Assembly (NCBI GenBank): GCA_963667925.1
Contig: OY764080.1
Location: forward strand, 2,379,226-2,443,225
From: Chloroflexota bacterium
GTDB taxonomy: Bacteria > Chloroflexota > UBA11872
Length of the DNA stretch: 64,000 bases
Direction: 5' to 3'
Under the pieces are notes generated by a model. That model had not been told where the DNA came from and made no database searches. It worked only from the letters and a program-made list of their open reading frames with translations. Shown here in pieces: positions 50,950-60,986 of the stretch; the first letter of the stretch is position 1; every line of letters starts with the position of its first letter. A program made the position numbers and the translations under genes.

Positions 50950-52644
50950 GTGATGGACAGGATTGGAAGGGGAGATTCCCTTCAACAGGCTGAGGGCAGG
51001 CTCTCGGAGGGCCTTGGGATGACGGACGGGACGGTTGGGGAGTTACGGGAGGCAGCAGCGGCGCTGTGCGTTGAGAACCAGCCGGTGGAGTTTGGGTTGG
51101 CGAACTATGACCTGGCGGGGGCGCTGCTGGGCGGGGATGCTCCAACTGACGAGCTAGAGGAAGCGGCGCAAGCGGCGGCGCGAGCGTTGCTGGTGTTTAC
51201 ACCGCAGGAACTTCCGGACCTCTTTGCCGGGGCTAGCGAGCGCCTGGGGCAGGCGCAGTGGCGGGCAGGGCGACGCGAGGACGCGCAGCGGACGTACGCG
51301 CAGACGGCGGGGGCGCTGGGCGCGGTTGGACAACATGGGCTGCAAGCGCGGTTGCTGGCGGGCTACGCGCGGGCCGTGGGTCAGGCGGCGAAACCGGAAG
51401 ATCCGTTCAGTGTCCAGCGGGCGGTCGGAGTATTTGACGAGGCGATCGAGGCCGCGCGGATAGCTGAGGCAAAGGGCTTGCTGGTGTCGCTGCTGAATAG
51501 TTCGGGCCGGCTGCTGGCGGGCAACCCGGCGTCGGCGGATAAGGCGTTGTCGCGGTTCGACGAGGCGGCCGAGGCGGTGGTCGACACGGACGTTGGGGTG
51601 GCGATGGCGGTTCACGCGAACCGTGCGGCGGCGTACGGGTTGCGGGAACGGGGCGATCGGGACACGAACCTGCAGGAGGCGATCGCGAGCTACAACCGGG
51701 CGGTCCACCTCCCGGGCATTTCGGATCATCCGCTTGAGGCAGCGCACTTGTACCGGGCGCTGGGAACGGCGTGGGGTCAGCGTCCCGGCGGCGACCGGGC
51801 GCAGAATCTACGGCAGGCGGACAGCGCGCTGGCAGCGGCGCTGGAGCTGCTGACGGACGACGCGCAGCAGAGCGAGCGGGCGTCGATGTGGAGCGAGCGT
51901 GGACTGGCGCAGGCGGAACTTTCGCAACGAGGGATTCCGGGGGCCACGAGCGCCGCGGTCGAGGCGTTCCGGGAAGGCCTGAATGCGGCCAGCGGGGGTG
52001 AGGCGCCGGCGCTGGCGGCTCAGCTGGCGAACAACCTGGGGTCGGCGATCATGACCGCGGCCGGCCAGGGTCTGGAGGCTTCGCTGGCGGAGGCGGCGGA
52101 GGCGCTTGACCGGGCGGCGGAGATTTGGACGTCGCTGAATCAGCCGGAGGACGCAGGGGCGAGCCAGCTGAACGCGGGGCTGGTGTACATGACGCTGCAC
52201 TCGACGGAACGGGACGCGGCGCACCTGGACAAGGCGATCGAGCGTTTGCAGGGCTCAACGGCGGCGCGTCCGCTGGCCACGCACCCGGGGCCGCACGCCG
52301 TCGCGCAGTTCAACCTGGGAATGGCGCTGGCGTTTCGGGCCCAAGGCCGAAACGAAACGGACCTGGCGGCGAGCGTGGAGGCCTTTCGAACGGCCTTGCA
52401 GGTGTGGAAAGGTCCGGACGCGCCACCGCAGGCGGCGGTGGCGCACGCGAACCTGGGAAGCATGCTGTTCGGAATGGCGAAGCAGAACGAGCCCGAGCTG
52501 TTGCGGGACGCGGCGCATCACTACGAGCAGGCGCTGGCGGTATACACCCCGGCGACAAACCCGCAGCAGCACCAGGTGATTTCGAACAATCTGGCGCTCG
52601 TGAGGCGGAGACAGGGGTTGGGTGCGGGAAATGGGGCGGTTTGA
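50950..52644 (+). CDS. Tetratricopeptide-repeat (TPR-like) protein
   Basis: Long all-alpha sequence with recurring A-rich ~34-aa repeats (..AHLYRALGTAWGQ.., ..QFNLGMALAFRAQGR.., ..HANLGSMLFGMAK..). Confidence 0.55.
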   Translation: MMDRIGRGDSLQQAEGRLSEGLGMTDGTVGELREAAAALCVENQPVEFGLANYDLAGALLGGDAPTDELEEAAQAAARALLVFTPQELPDLFAGASERLGQAQWRAGRREDAQRTYAQTAGALGAVGQHGLQARLLAGYARAVGQAAKPEDPFSVQRAVGVFDEAIEAARIAEAKGLLVSLLNSSGRLLAGNPASADKALSRFDEAAEAVVDTDVGVAMAVHANRAAAYGLRERGDRDTNLQEAIASYNRAVHLPGISDHPLEAAHLYRALGTAWGQRPGGDRAQNLRQADSALAAALELLTDDAQQSERASMWSERGLAQAELSQRGIPGATSAAVEAFREGLNAASGGEAPALAAQLANNLGSAIMTAAGQGLEASLAEAAEALDRAAEIWTSLNQPEDAGASQLNAGLVYMTLHSTERDAAHLDKAIERLQGSTAARPLATHPGPHAVAQFNLGMALAFRAQGRNETDLAASVEAFRTALQVWKGPDAPPQAAVAHANLGSMLFGMAKQNEPELLRDAAHHYEQALAVYTPATNPQQHQVISNNLALVRRRQGLGAGNGAV

Positions 52645-52860
52645 CCGAATCAGCGTGGAAGCGATTTAGCGGCGCAACGGTCGCAGGATCCCGCAGTCCG
52701 GGTTCGAATGTGCGGGGCAGCCTCCGCCTTTCTCCTCTGGAAGCAATGAGGTGCGCCGTGATTACAGGGGTGGGAGCGAAGGCCGTAACTCCTCGGTTGG
52801 CCTGATAACGGCAAGGGCCGGGGATAATGCCGGATCGAACAAAGCTGGAAGCTTGGGGAA

Positions 52861-54564
52861 ATGCAGGCTGTCGAGACTGACATTGCGGTAATTGGTGGGG
52901 GACCGGCGGGGTCTTCGCTGGCCACGTTGCTGCGGCAGAGCGGATACAAGGTGACGTTGCTGGAGCGGGAGCGGTTTCCGCGGCCGCACGTGGGCGAGTC
53001 GATGTTGCCGGGGGTGCTGTTTGCGCTAGGGAAGACCGGGGCGCTGGAGCGGGTGGAGAAGGCCGGATTCACGAGGAAGTACGGGGCGACGTATATCTGG
53101 GGGCGGGGTCGAGACCCGTGGACAATTCGATTCTCGGAGGTTCCGCAGGACCGAACGTTTACATTCCAGTGCGACCGAGAGGTGTTCGACAAGCTGCTGC
53201 TGGACCACGCGCGGGACGAGGGGGTTGACGTGCGGGAAGGCCACCAGGTGACGCGCGCGCACATGACTAACGGAAGGGTTTCAGGGCTGTCGTTTACGAA
53301 TGACGAGGGGGAGTCGGGAGAGGTTCGGGCGCGGATGTGCGTGGATGCTTCGGGTCAGTGGTCGGTGCTGGGACGGCAGTTCCGGCTGCGCGAGCACAAC
53401 CATGACCTGCGGCACGTGGCGCTGTTCGGTCATTACCACGGCGGGCCGACGACGCTGCCCGACGTGCTGGACGAGATGGAGCCGACGGACGCTGGAAATG
53501 TGTACGTGGTGGCGGTGGACGACGGGTGGCTGTGGCATATCCCGCTGGCCGGAGGGCTGCGAAGCATCGGGCTGGTGACGGATCCGGAACGGATCCGCGG
53601 GATGTCGCGGACGGAGCGGCGGAAGTACTGGCAGCGGCAGGTGGACTCGTGCGAAGAGTTTGAGCAGCTCCTGGACGGAGGTCGCTGGGCGGGGGATTTC
53701 GACACCGTGTCGGACTGGTCGTTCATCTGTAGGCAGTTTCACGGGCCGGGCTACCTGCTTGTGGGCGATGCGGCGTGCTTCGTGGATCCAATCCTGGCGT
53801 CAGGCATCGCGCTGGCCCTGCAAGGCGTGCTGCGGGCGACGAAGGCGATTCGAACCTCGCTGGAAGCGCCGGACCTGAATCGGCTGGCGATGGATTGGTA
53901 CCAGGAGGGCTACCTACAGCAGGCGAACGATTTCGTGGACATGGCGAATCACTGGTATCACGGGCAGCGCTTGCAGGAGTCGTGGTTCTGGACGGCGCAC
54001 CGGCTGGTAGACCCGAGCCAGAACTTGTCGCTGCGGCAGGCGTTTGTGTTCATTTCGTCCGGGCTGACGCGGGAGACGCCGGAGGAGTCGATCCGCTATA
54101 TGGGCGGATTTACGCCAGGGCAGCTGGCGGTGACGTACGAGAACCTGGGCGTCGAAGGTGGCGCCACAGGCACACCGCTACAGGCCGAGCAGTCATCAGC
54201 GCCGCCATTGGCGCCTCGGGGAGTTGCCGTGACGACGGAGGAAGCGCTGGCCGGGGTCCCGACGTTTATGGCGGGCGCGGAGGTTCGGGCGGGGATGCAG
54301 GAGACGGAGACGGGGTTGCGGCCGGTTACACAGGTCGAACTGCCGGGGGCGGCGAACGGGGATAAGCGGGAGGTTTTGCTCTCGCTGCCGACGCTGTCGG
54401 TGCTGAATCTGCTGGACGGTCGTCGTAGCGGGGCGGAGGTGGCGCAGACGCTGGCGGCGCGGTTTGCGGGGAGTGTGCGGACGGACGAGTCGGCGCTGCG
54501 GCCGATTGTTGGGTCGGTGATTGCGGATCTGGCGGCTGAGGGGGCGGTGGAGTTCAAGAAGTAG
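52861..54564 (+). CDS. Flavin-dependent halogenase (tryptophan-halogenase family) with ~120-aa C-terminal extension
   Basis: FAD motif GGGPAGS, halogenase signature GWLWHIPL (WxWxIP) and FVDPILASG (FxxPxxSxG). Confidence 0.8.
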   Translation: MQAVETDIAVIGGGPAGSSLATLLRQSGYKVTLLERERFPRPHVGESMLPGVLFALGKTGALERVEKAGFTRKYGATYIWGRGRDPWTIRFSEVPQDRTFTFQCDREVFDKLLLDHARDEGVDVREGHQVTRAHMTNGRVSGLSFTNDEGESGEVRARMCVDASGQWSVLGRQFRLREHNHDLRHVALFGHYHGGPTTLPDVLDEMEPTDAGNVYVVAVDDGWLWHIPLAGGLRSIGLVTDPERIRGMSRTERRKYWQRQVDSCEEFEQLLDGGRWAGDFDTVSDWSFICRQFHGPGYLLVGDAACFVDPILASGIALALQGVLRATKAIRTSLEAPDLNRLAMDWYQEGYLQQANDFVDMANHWYHGQRLQESWFWTAHRLVDPSQNLSLRQAFVFISSGLTRETPEESIRYMGGFTPGQLAVTYENLGVEGGATGTPLQAEQSSAPPLAPRGVAVTTEEALAGVPTFMAGAEVRAGMQETETGLRPVTQVELPGAANGDKREVLLSLPTLSVLNLLDGRRSGAEVAQTLAARFAGSVRTDESALRPIVGSVIADLAAEGAVEFKK

Positions 54565-54820
54565 TGAGGGAAGCGGAGTGGGAAGTTAGAGAAGGGGGAT
54601 AGGGAAGTAGGAGTAAGCGAGCGTAGGTGCGGGGGTGTGGTTCGACGCGGGCCTCCGTAAGACTCCGGCCCGGCTCACCACGAACGGTTGGGTGAGCCGG
54701 CAATGGTCGGGGATGGGCGAGAAGTGCAGGGTGAGTTGGGGATGTTGGTTGCTGCTGGGTCCCAGCTGAAGACGCCGGGATGACGGGGACTCGGGACCGA
54801 CGGTTGGGGTGATTAATGCC

Positions 54821-54853
54821 AAACGGCCCGCCGCTTCCCGCGGCGGGCCGTTT
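54821..54853. terminator. Bidirectional rho-independent terminator between the convergent halogenase and solute-binding genes
   Basis: 13-bp GC-rich stem (AAACGGCCCGCCG / CGGCGGGCCGTTT) with a 7-nt loop, flanked by A-run and T-run so each strand has a U-tract. Confidence 0.6.
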
Positions 54854-54868
54854 GAGGATCCGCGAAGA

Positions 54869-56371
54869 CTAGGCCGGAATCGGTGTCCAGTCGTCGTAGG
54901 AGTTGAAGATGGCGTTGGTGTCCGAGGCCATCTTGCGAGCAGCTTGCTCGGGGCCAACCTCGTCGACCCAAAGCTTGGACGCCTCCGTCCGGTACGCACC
55001 GATGAACTCGTCCCAGTACGGGAAGTAGCCAGGAGTGCGTGGTTCGGGCGTGGTGGCGTAAGTCTTGAGCCAGTGCATGCCCTCGGGCGGGGCAGCCAGC
55101 GCATCCGCTTGATCGGCGACTTCCTTGAAGACCGGGAAGTGGCCGCGATCGATCCCGACGCGAGCCTGGTATTCCGGACCCGCGAGGTAGGTGACCAACT
55201 GGACGGTCTGCTCGAGGTTGCCCAGCCGCTCGGCGGCGATGGTGACGATGTGCGGCTGGTCGTTCCAGCCATGCCGCACGTCGCCGGTGCTGGGCGCCGC
55301 GTACATCGGAGCGACGGACCAGGTGAAGCGGTCCTTGATGCGCGGGATGCCGAAGCCGGTGCTGTAGACACGGCCACCGGGCCAGAGGCCGACCTGGCCG
55401 GCGGAGAATGGGTCACCGAACTCGCCGGAGACGCGCTGGCGAATCTCAGGCGGGAAGGCGACGTTCTCGGTGTACATGGTGCCGTGGACCCAGCTCAGCG
55501 CTTCGATCGCACCCGACGAATCGAATTGGGACACGCCGTTCTGGTCGTACCAGAATTCAACGCCGTTGGACCACAGCATGGGTCCCCAGCCGAACTGGTC
55601 GCTGGTGGGCGCCCAGATGCCGAACTGGTCGTTGTCGGCGTCAGTGAGCGCGCGCGAGGCCTCCATGGCGTCGTCCCAGGTCCAGCCCTCGGCGGGCTGA
55701 TCCACGCCGTTGGACTCGAACAGGTCGACGTTGTAGACGAGGCCGTTCATGCCGCCCTGGAACGGGAGGCCGTGCAGGCGACCGTTGGCCTGGTAGAGGG
55801 CGCCTTCCCACGGCAGCCAGCCGGTGGGGAGCACCCAGTAGTCGTCCAGCGAAAAGCCCAGCTTGCCCACCTGGTCGGTGATGTCCGGGAAGAAGCCGGC
55901 CGAGTAGTGGGCCTGGTAGAGGTTGCCCTCGAACAGGATGGCCTCAGCCATGCTGCCAGCGGCGAACTGCAGGTTGAGGGCGTCGAAGTAATCGCCACCG
56001 ATGACGTCGATCTTGACGGGAATGTTGGGGAATTGGCGCGAGAACTGCTCCATTCCCCACTTCATGGCGTTGCCGCGCGGGCCGGACGTGTGGTCGGTGG
56101 CGAAACGAACGCTGACGGGTCCCGCAGCAGGCTCGGCAGCATCGACCGTGACAATCTCTTCGCGGGTGACTGGAACTTCCTTCTCGACGATCCTCTCGAC
56201 TTGCTTGACCTGGGTGACGACCTTTTCGACTACGATGGTTTCACCTTCGCCGCAGGCCGCCAGGACCGCAACACCGGCCGCGCCAAGAGCGCCCGCGCTC
56301 CCGGCTCGTAGCATTTCTCGACGTGTCAGATTCCGCATATCCCCTCCTGCGTCCCGAAGGACCCGCGGCAC
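54869..56371 (-). CDS. ABC transporter substrate-binding lipoprotein (family 1, sugar type)
   Basis: Signal/lipobox AVLAACGEGE and the SBP_bac_1 fold. Confidence 0.85.
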   Translation of the reverse strand: MPRVLRDAGGDMRNLTRREMLRAGSAGALGAAGVAVLAACGEGETIVVEKVVTQVKQVERIVEKEVPVTREEIVTVDAAEPAAGPVSVRFATDHTSGPRGNAMKWGMEQFSRQFPNIPVKIDVIGGDYFDALNLQFAAGSMAEAILFEGNLYQAHYSAGFFPDITDQVGKLGFSLDDYWVLPTGWLPWEGALYQANGRLHGLPFQGGMNGLVYNVDLFESNGVDQPAEGWTWDDAMEASRALTDADNDQFGIWAPTSDQFGWGPMLWSNGVEFWYDQNGVSQFDSSGAIEALSWVHGTMYTENVAFPPEIRQRVSGEFGDPFSAGQVGLWPGGRVYSTGFGIPRIKDRFTWSVAPMYAAPSTGDVRHGWNDQPHIVTIAAERLGNLEQTVQLVTYLAGPEYQARVGIDRGHFPVFKEVADQADALAAPPEGMHWLKTYATTPEPRTPGYFPYWDEFIGAYRTEASKLWVDEVGPEQAARKMASDTNAIFNSYDDWTPIPA

Positions 56372-56635
56372 TTGGCTAGAACCAGCCCGATGTTAGCGCG
56401 TACGCGCACATACGGAAAACCTAAGAGCGAGCATAGCCCAAACCGAACGGGTCGCCGACCGAAATCCAGAGTTCTCCGGGATATCGGCCGGGGAATGGTC
56501 GACCGGCAGCAGGCCATTAGCGCGACAGTGACGCCGGTGCGTCGCGGCGCTGGCAATCACGACGCCTCCTGCGGGAGCCGTAGCGGCGTCAGCGTTCGGC
56601 CAGGCGCCCGGTCGGCGCTTCCGGCTCGACGTTGA

Positions 56636-56842
56636 TTACCAGCTTGCCCCGCTGCGGAGCTTGAATTTTCCGCTCTCGACTTCCTCGTCACCGCAGGCCG
56701 GCAGCAGGCTGAACGCTGCCATCGCTATCACACCGGCCGCCAGCACGCGACGGCGGGTGAGGCGAGGTGAGCGGGCGCGGTCCTTGGCTTGATCGCGACG
56801 CATGCTTGACTCCTCACGAACCTTTCGCCTGACCACAAGCAT
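56636..56842 (-). pseudogene. Orphan 5' fragment encoding only a Tat/lipoprotein signal peptide (likely remnant of a duplicated solute-binding protein N-terminus)
   Basis: TRRRVLAAGVIAMAAFSLLPACGDEEVE resembles the signal region of the adjacent SBP (AVLAACGEGET) and stops after ~14 mature residues. Confidence 0.3.
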
Positions 56843-56868
56843 AAATGTCTGCTCGCCGTTCGACTCGA

Positions 56869-57720
56869 TCAGGCGCCGGCGGGCCGAAAAACGGCGTTGG
56901 GATCAACGACGCAGAGGATTCCGCTCGGGAGCGTGAGGGTGACGCCTCGACTGAGCGAGCTGACGCCGGAGCCCTGCTGGAGGAGGTAGTCGGGATCACG
57001 CTTGACTCGCGGGCCAGCGAATTCGCGCATGGGCTGGGCAGGTATGAGGCGGGCGATAGCGTTGCCGACGGGAGCCACGGAGGTAATGCCGGCATCTTCC
57101 ATGGCCTGGCCGACACGGTTGAAATCGTAGCCGGGGTAGCCGACGTCACGTAGGTAGACGGTGTTTTCAAAGGGTACGAGGCGTCCATTGGGCCGTCGGA
57201 GACGGCGGCGAAGGGTGTCGACTTTGCGGTGGTGGAGCCGGAAGGCCACTTCGAGGACGTGGCAGGCAGTAAAGGTCTGATAGGTGACACCGAGCAGAAG
57301 GAATCGTCCGTTGAGCTTGAAGATTGTCCCCAGCGGGTCGTCGGCAGCCCAGGCCGTGGGGCCGCCGGCATTGACGATTGACTCGGCGTGGGACCCGATG
57401 GCGCTGAGGCTGTGGGTGAGGTGACGGCTGCGACGGTTACCGGCGCGACGGCGGATTTCATCGGCTATGGCTCCCATGTCGGACGGGGTGTTGAGCGGAT
57501 CGAAGACGAAGCTGGGATCCAGGGCGGTCTCGTAGTTGAAGGAAGGGCCGACGAGGGTGCCCGACGGACCGAGGACATCGAGGAGGGCGTCGACGACGGT
57601 CGGAGCGCCGCCCACGACGTGGCCGAGGCTGCGGAGTGAACTGTGGATCATGAGAACATCGCCCGCCTGCAAGCCAAGGCTGCGCAGGTCGGCGGCGAGG
57701 CGGTCGCGGGTGAGGACCAT
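56869..57720 (-). CDS. Aminoglycoside N(3)-acetyltransferase family protein (AAC(3)/Antibiotic_NAT fold)
   Basis: MVLTRDRLAADLRSLGLQAGDVLMIHSSLRSLGHVVGGAPTVVDALLDVLGPSGTLVGPSFNY is a typical AAC(3) N-terminus. ATG at 57718-57720; the ORF track's 430-aa extension overlaps the divergent gene and is rejected. Confidence 0.75.
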   Translation of the reverse strand: MVLTRDRLAADLRSLGLQAGDVLMIHSSLRSLGHVVGGAPTVVDALLDVLGPSGTLVGPSFNYETALDPSFVFDPLNTPSDMGAIADEIRRRAGNRRSRHLTHSLSAIGSHAESIVNAGGPTAWAADDPLGTIFKLNGRFLLLGVTYQTFTACHVLEVAFRLHHRKVDTLRRRLRRPNGRLVPFENTVYLRDVGYPGYDFNRVGQAMEDAGITSVAPVGNAIARLIPAQPMREFAGPRVKRDPDYLLQQGSGVSSLSRGVTLTLPSGILCVVDPNAVFRPAGA

Positions 57721-57781
57721 GTCTGCTAAGTAGATACTGAGGGCCGTGCGAGGATACGCCGCAAGCGTCGCGGAGGGTGAA

Positions 57782-58798
57782 ATGACCAATCCGAGCCCCG
57801 TTCGATGCGCCGTGATCGGGACAAACAACATTGCCGCCCAGCACATTCCGGTGTTGCAGGCGCTGCCGGAGGCGCAGGTGGCGGCGCTGTGCGATATCGA
57901 CCCGGAGGCCCTTGAGGAGACGTCGCGGCAGTTTGGCGTTGAGCGGACGTTTACGAGCGTGGACGACCTGCAGGCGTGGGGTGACTTCGACGCGGTGTAT
58001 GTGCTGGTGAGCGTGCTGGCGGTAGCGGATGTGGCGGAACGGTTTGTCCGGGCGGGGATTCCGACGTTTCTGGAGAAGCCGCCGGGGTTGTATTCGTCTG
58101 ATACGGAGCGTCTGGCGTTGGCGGTACGGGAGACTGGGACGACGGCAATGGTGGGGCTCAATCGTCGCTTCTATACGTGCCTGCAGGCAGGTCGGGAGGC
58201 GCTGCTGAATACGGGCGACATTGTCTCGGTGACGGTGCATGCCGACGAAGTCGCCGCGACTCACTGGGAAGGTTCGAAGTTTCCGCCGGAAGTGGCGGCG
58301 CGTTGGACCTACGCGAACAGCATTCATGCCCTGGACCTGCTGCGGTACCTGGGCGGGGATGTTGCAAAGGTGACCTCAGCAGTGAGACAACGACGACTGC
58401 CGAAGCCGGATAGCTTCAGCGCGCTGCTGGAGTACGAGTCGGGCGCGGTGGGAAGGGCCATTGCGGATCACTTTGGGCCGAAGGGGACGGGGCACTGGTA
58501 TGAGGCTCGGACGGCGAGCGCGGTGTTGACCTCGGGCGTTGGGGCGACGGCCAGTGATCGCTTGAGCTCGTGCACGCTGGAACGGCAGGGTCACAAGCCG
58601 GTTCGGTTTGGCCTGACCGGGCTCGACCGGCGGCTGAAGCCGGGGTTTCCGGGCGAGTCGCGGGCCTTCTTGCAGGCGGTTCAGGCTGGCAAGCCTGTGT
58701 CGTTTCCGGCACCAACCCTGGATGACGCCGTGCGTACGATGAAGATGATCGACGAGATCACGGGGGCCGAGGAGTGGGCGCCCAAGCCGGCGAGTTGA
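57782..58798 (+). CDS. Gfo/Idh/MocA family oxidoreductase
   Basis: VRCAVIGTNNIAAQHIPVL Rossmann N-terminus. Start MTNPSP at 57782; the ORF track starts at 57746. Confidence 0.8.
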   Translation: MTNPSPVRCAVIGTNNIAAQHIPVLQALPEAQVAALCDIDPEALEETSRQFGVERTFTSVDDLQAWGDFDAVYVLVSVLAVADVAERFVRAGIPTFLEKPPGLYSSDTERLALAVRETGTTAMVGLNRRFYTCLQAGREALLNTGDIVSVTVHADEVAATHWEGSKFPPEVAARWTYANSIHALDLLRYLGGDVAKVTSAVRQRRLPKPDSFSALLEYESGAVGRAIADHFGPKGTGHWYEARTASAVLTSGVGATASDRLSSCTLERQGHKPVRFGLTGLDRRLKPGFPGESRAFLQAVQAGKPVSFPAPTLDDAVRTMKMIDEITGAEEWAPKPAS

Positions 58799-58820
58799 GA
58801 CGGGGCGCGGCACGAGGCGG

Positions 58821-59915
58821 ATGGGTCGGATGAGCGAAGTTTTCGACGTGCTCGTGGTCGGCGCGGGGCCGGGGGGCACGCAAGCGGCGGTGAGCGCGGC
58901 GCACCAGATGCGGCACGTGCTGCTGCTGGACGCCAGCAAGGTGAGCCGCCGGCGAGGGCGGGCGTACTGGTCGAAGACGGTGAAGATCGAGGACGCGCCG
59001 GTGTTCGCGGGGATAACCGGCATTGAGTTTGCGAAGGCGTTGCGGGAATGGACCGAGGGGCAGCCGGAACGGGCGATCAAGCGCGGCGGCGAGGAACGAA
59101 TGGCTGGGATTCGGCGGGCCGACGGGTTTGCCATGGACCTGGAGCGGTTGGACGACGACACGTTTCGGCTGACGTACGCGACGGAGCCGCTCTCGCGCGA
59201 CGGCACCGTGGGTGCGACGACGACGGCGCTGGGCCGGACGGTGGTGGTGGCCAGCGGTTTCGAGGACGGCTGGCCGGACATCGAGATCAATGACGCGGCG
59301 GACCGGATGTACCGGAAGTATCAGCTGGTGTATCGCTATGCCGGTAACAGCCGAGGCTGGCACCTGTGTATCCGCTGCGACGGTCACCTGCACGTGGACG
59401 AGCGCGTGGCGATTGTGGGGACGGGCGATTACATCTTTGAGGTGGTGCAGGGGGCGCAGGATTTCACGGATCGAATCACGGTGCTGACGAATGGGCGGCC
59501 GCATGGCATGTCGCCGCCGGTGCTGGCGGCGCTGCGCGAGCGGGGGGCGGAGCTGGACGAAGGTCGAATTGAGGCCCACATCGGGCAGGGTCTGAACCTG
59601 CTGGGGTTCCGGATGGCGGACGGTCGGGAGCTGTTCTTCGACGGATTCTTCGTGGACGAGGGGCTCAAGGCGAACGACGAGTTTCTGCACCGGTTCGACG
59701 TGGCGCACGCTGAGAACGGTTTGCTGCGGTGCAGCGACGACCATGAGGTGCTGGATTCGTCGGGCGAACCGATTCCCGGAATGTGGGCGGCGGGGGACAT
59801 CGTGGCCGGGGAACGGAACCTGATCGCGAGCGCGTTCGCCAGCGGGCAAGACGCGGGGCTGGAGGCTTCGGACAGTCTGAGGCGGTGGGCAGCGCCGGCG
59901 GCGCAGGGGGACTGA
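58821..59915 (+). CDS. FAD-dependent pyridine-nucleotide oxidoreductase (thioredoxin-reductase-like fold, no CxxC)
   Basis: VLVVGAGPGG, second Rossmann VAIVGTGDY, C-terminal GMWAAGDIV. Confidence 0.65.
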   Translation: MGRMSEVFDVLVVGAGPGGTQAAVSAAHQMRHVLLLDASKVSRRRGRAYWSKTVKIEDAPVFAGITGIEFAKALREWTEGQPERAIKRGGEERMAGIRRADGFAMDLERLDDDTFRLTYATEPLSRDGTVGATTTALGRTVVVASGFEDGWPDIEINDAADRMYRKYQLVYRYAGNSRGWHLCIRCDGHLHVDERVAIVGTGDYIFEVVQGAQDFTDRITVLTNGRPHGMSPPVLAALRERGAELDEGRIEAHIGQGLNLLGFRMADGRELFFDGFFVDEGLKANDEFLHRFDVAHAENGLLRCSDDHEVLDSSGEPIPGMWAAGDIVAGERNLIASAFASGQDAGLEASDSLRRWAAPAAQGD

Positions 59916-60014
59916 GTGACTTGCACACCGGCCCGGCACAATGCAAACTACTTTGCTATACAAACTTTCAGGCTAGGCATTTGGTGTTGACGTGGCTGTG
60001 ACCCTGTCTGGACG

Positions 60015-60983
60015 GTGCTCGTGAGTACCACGGACAACGGAATGTTGTTGCGTGCCGGTGGGGTGATGCACCGGTATGGGGACCTGACGGCAGTGAACGA
60101 CGTCTCGCTGGCGGTACGGCGGGGCGAGGTGTTCGGGTTGCTGGGTCCGAACGGGGCGGGCAAGTCGACGCTGATCGGGATTCTCTGCGGCATGTTTGCG
60201 CCCACGGCCGGAAATGTGCACCTGGGCGACGTGCCGATTACGCCGGGAGCGCGGAGCGCCAAGCGACGGATTGGCGTGGTGCCGCAGGACATTGCGCTGT
60301 ACGAGAAGCTGAGCGGCCGGCAGAACCTGCGGTTTTTTGGGCGGGTCTACGGCCTGGGCGGCCGCCGCCTGCGCGAGCGGGTGGAGGCGGTGCTGGACGT
60401 CGTGGGGCTGAGCGATCGGGGGAACGATCAGGCCGGGACGTATTCGGGAGGCATGCAGCGGCGGCTGAACCTGGCGGCGGGGCTGCTGCACGAGCCGGAA
60501 CTCTTGGTCCTTGACGAGCCGACGGTGGGGGTGGACCCGCAGAGCCGGAATCACATCTTCGACAACGTGGAGCGGCTGAATCGCGATCAGGGCGTGACGA
60601 TCGTCTATACGACGCACTACATGGAAGAGGCGGAACGGCTGTGCGACCGGGTGGCGATCATCGACCACGGCAAGATCGTGGCGCTGGATACGCCACGGGC
60701 GCTGATCGAGTCGCTGGGCGGCGGGGTAATCCAGCTCGGAATCGATCCGGAGCAGCGAGCGCAGGTGACGAACTCCCTGGCGTCGCTGGCGTCGGTGCAG
60801 GCCGTGGGGCCGGGGCCGGACGAGCGGTCGCTGAACATCGAAGCAGCCAGCGCGCGGCACGCGCTGGTGGACGTGATGCTGGCGATGAACACGGCGGCGC
60901 TGGAAGTGGAGACCGTGCGAATCCTGGAGCCGAACCTGGAGAGCGTATTCCTGCGCTTTACGGGTCGCCGGCTGAGGGACTGA
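60015..60983 (+). CDS. ABC-2 type exporter ATP-binding protein (DrrA-like)
   Basis: Walker [10 protein letters not shown], signature YSGGMQRRL, Walker B LLVLDEPT. Confidence 0.9.
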   Translation: MLVSTTDNGMLLRAGGVMHRYGDLTAVNDVSLAVRRGEVFGLLGPNGAGKSTLIGILCGMFAPTAGNVHLGDVPITPGARSAKRRIGVVPQDIALYEKLSGRQNLRFFGRVYGLGGRRLRERVEAVLDVVGLSDRGNDQAGTYSGGMQRRLNLAAGLLHEPELLVLDEPTVGVDPQSRNHIFDNVERLNRDQGVTIVYTTHYMEEAERLCDRVAIIDHGKIVALDTPRALIESLGGGVIQLGIDPEQRAQVTNSLASLASVQAVGPGPDERSLNIEAASARHALVDVMLAMNTAALEVETVRILEPNLESVFLRFTGRRLRD

Positions 60984-60986
60984 GCG

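Noticed and set aside
50249-51145. 298-aa Pro-rich minus-strand ORF opposite the TPMT-like gene
   Set aside because: Pro/Ser/Gly low-complexity antisense ORF with no start context. The TPMT-like gene on the plus strand is well supported.
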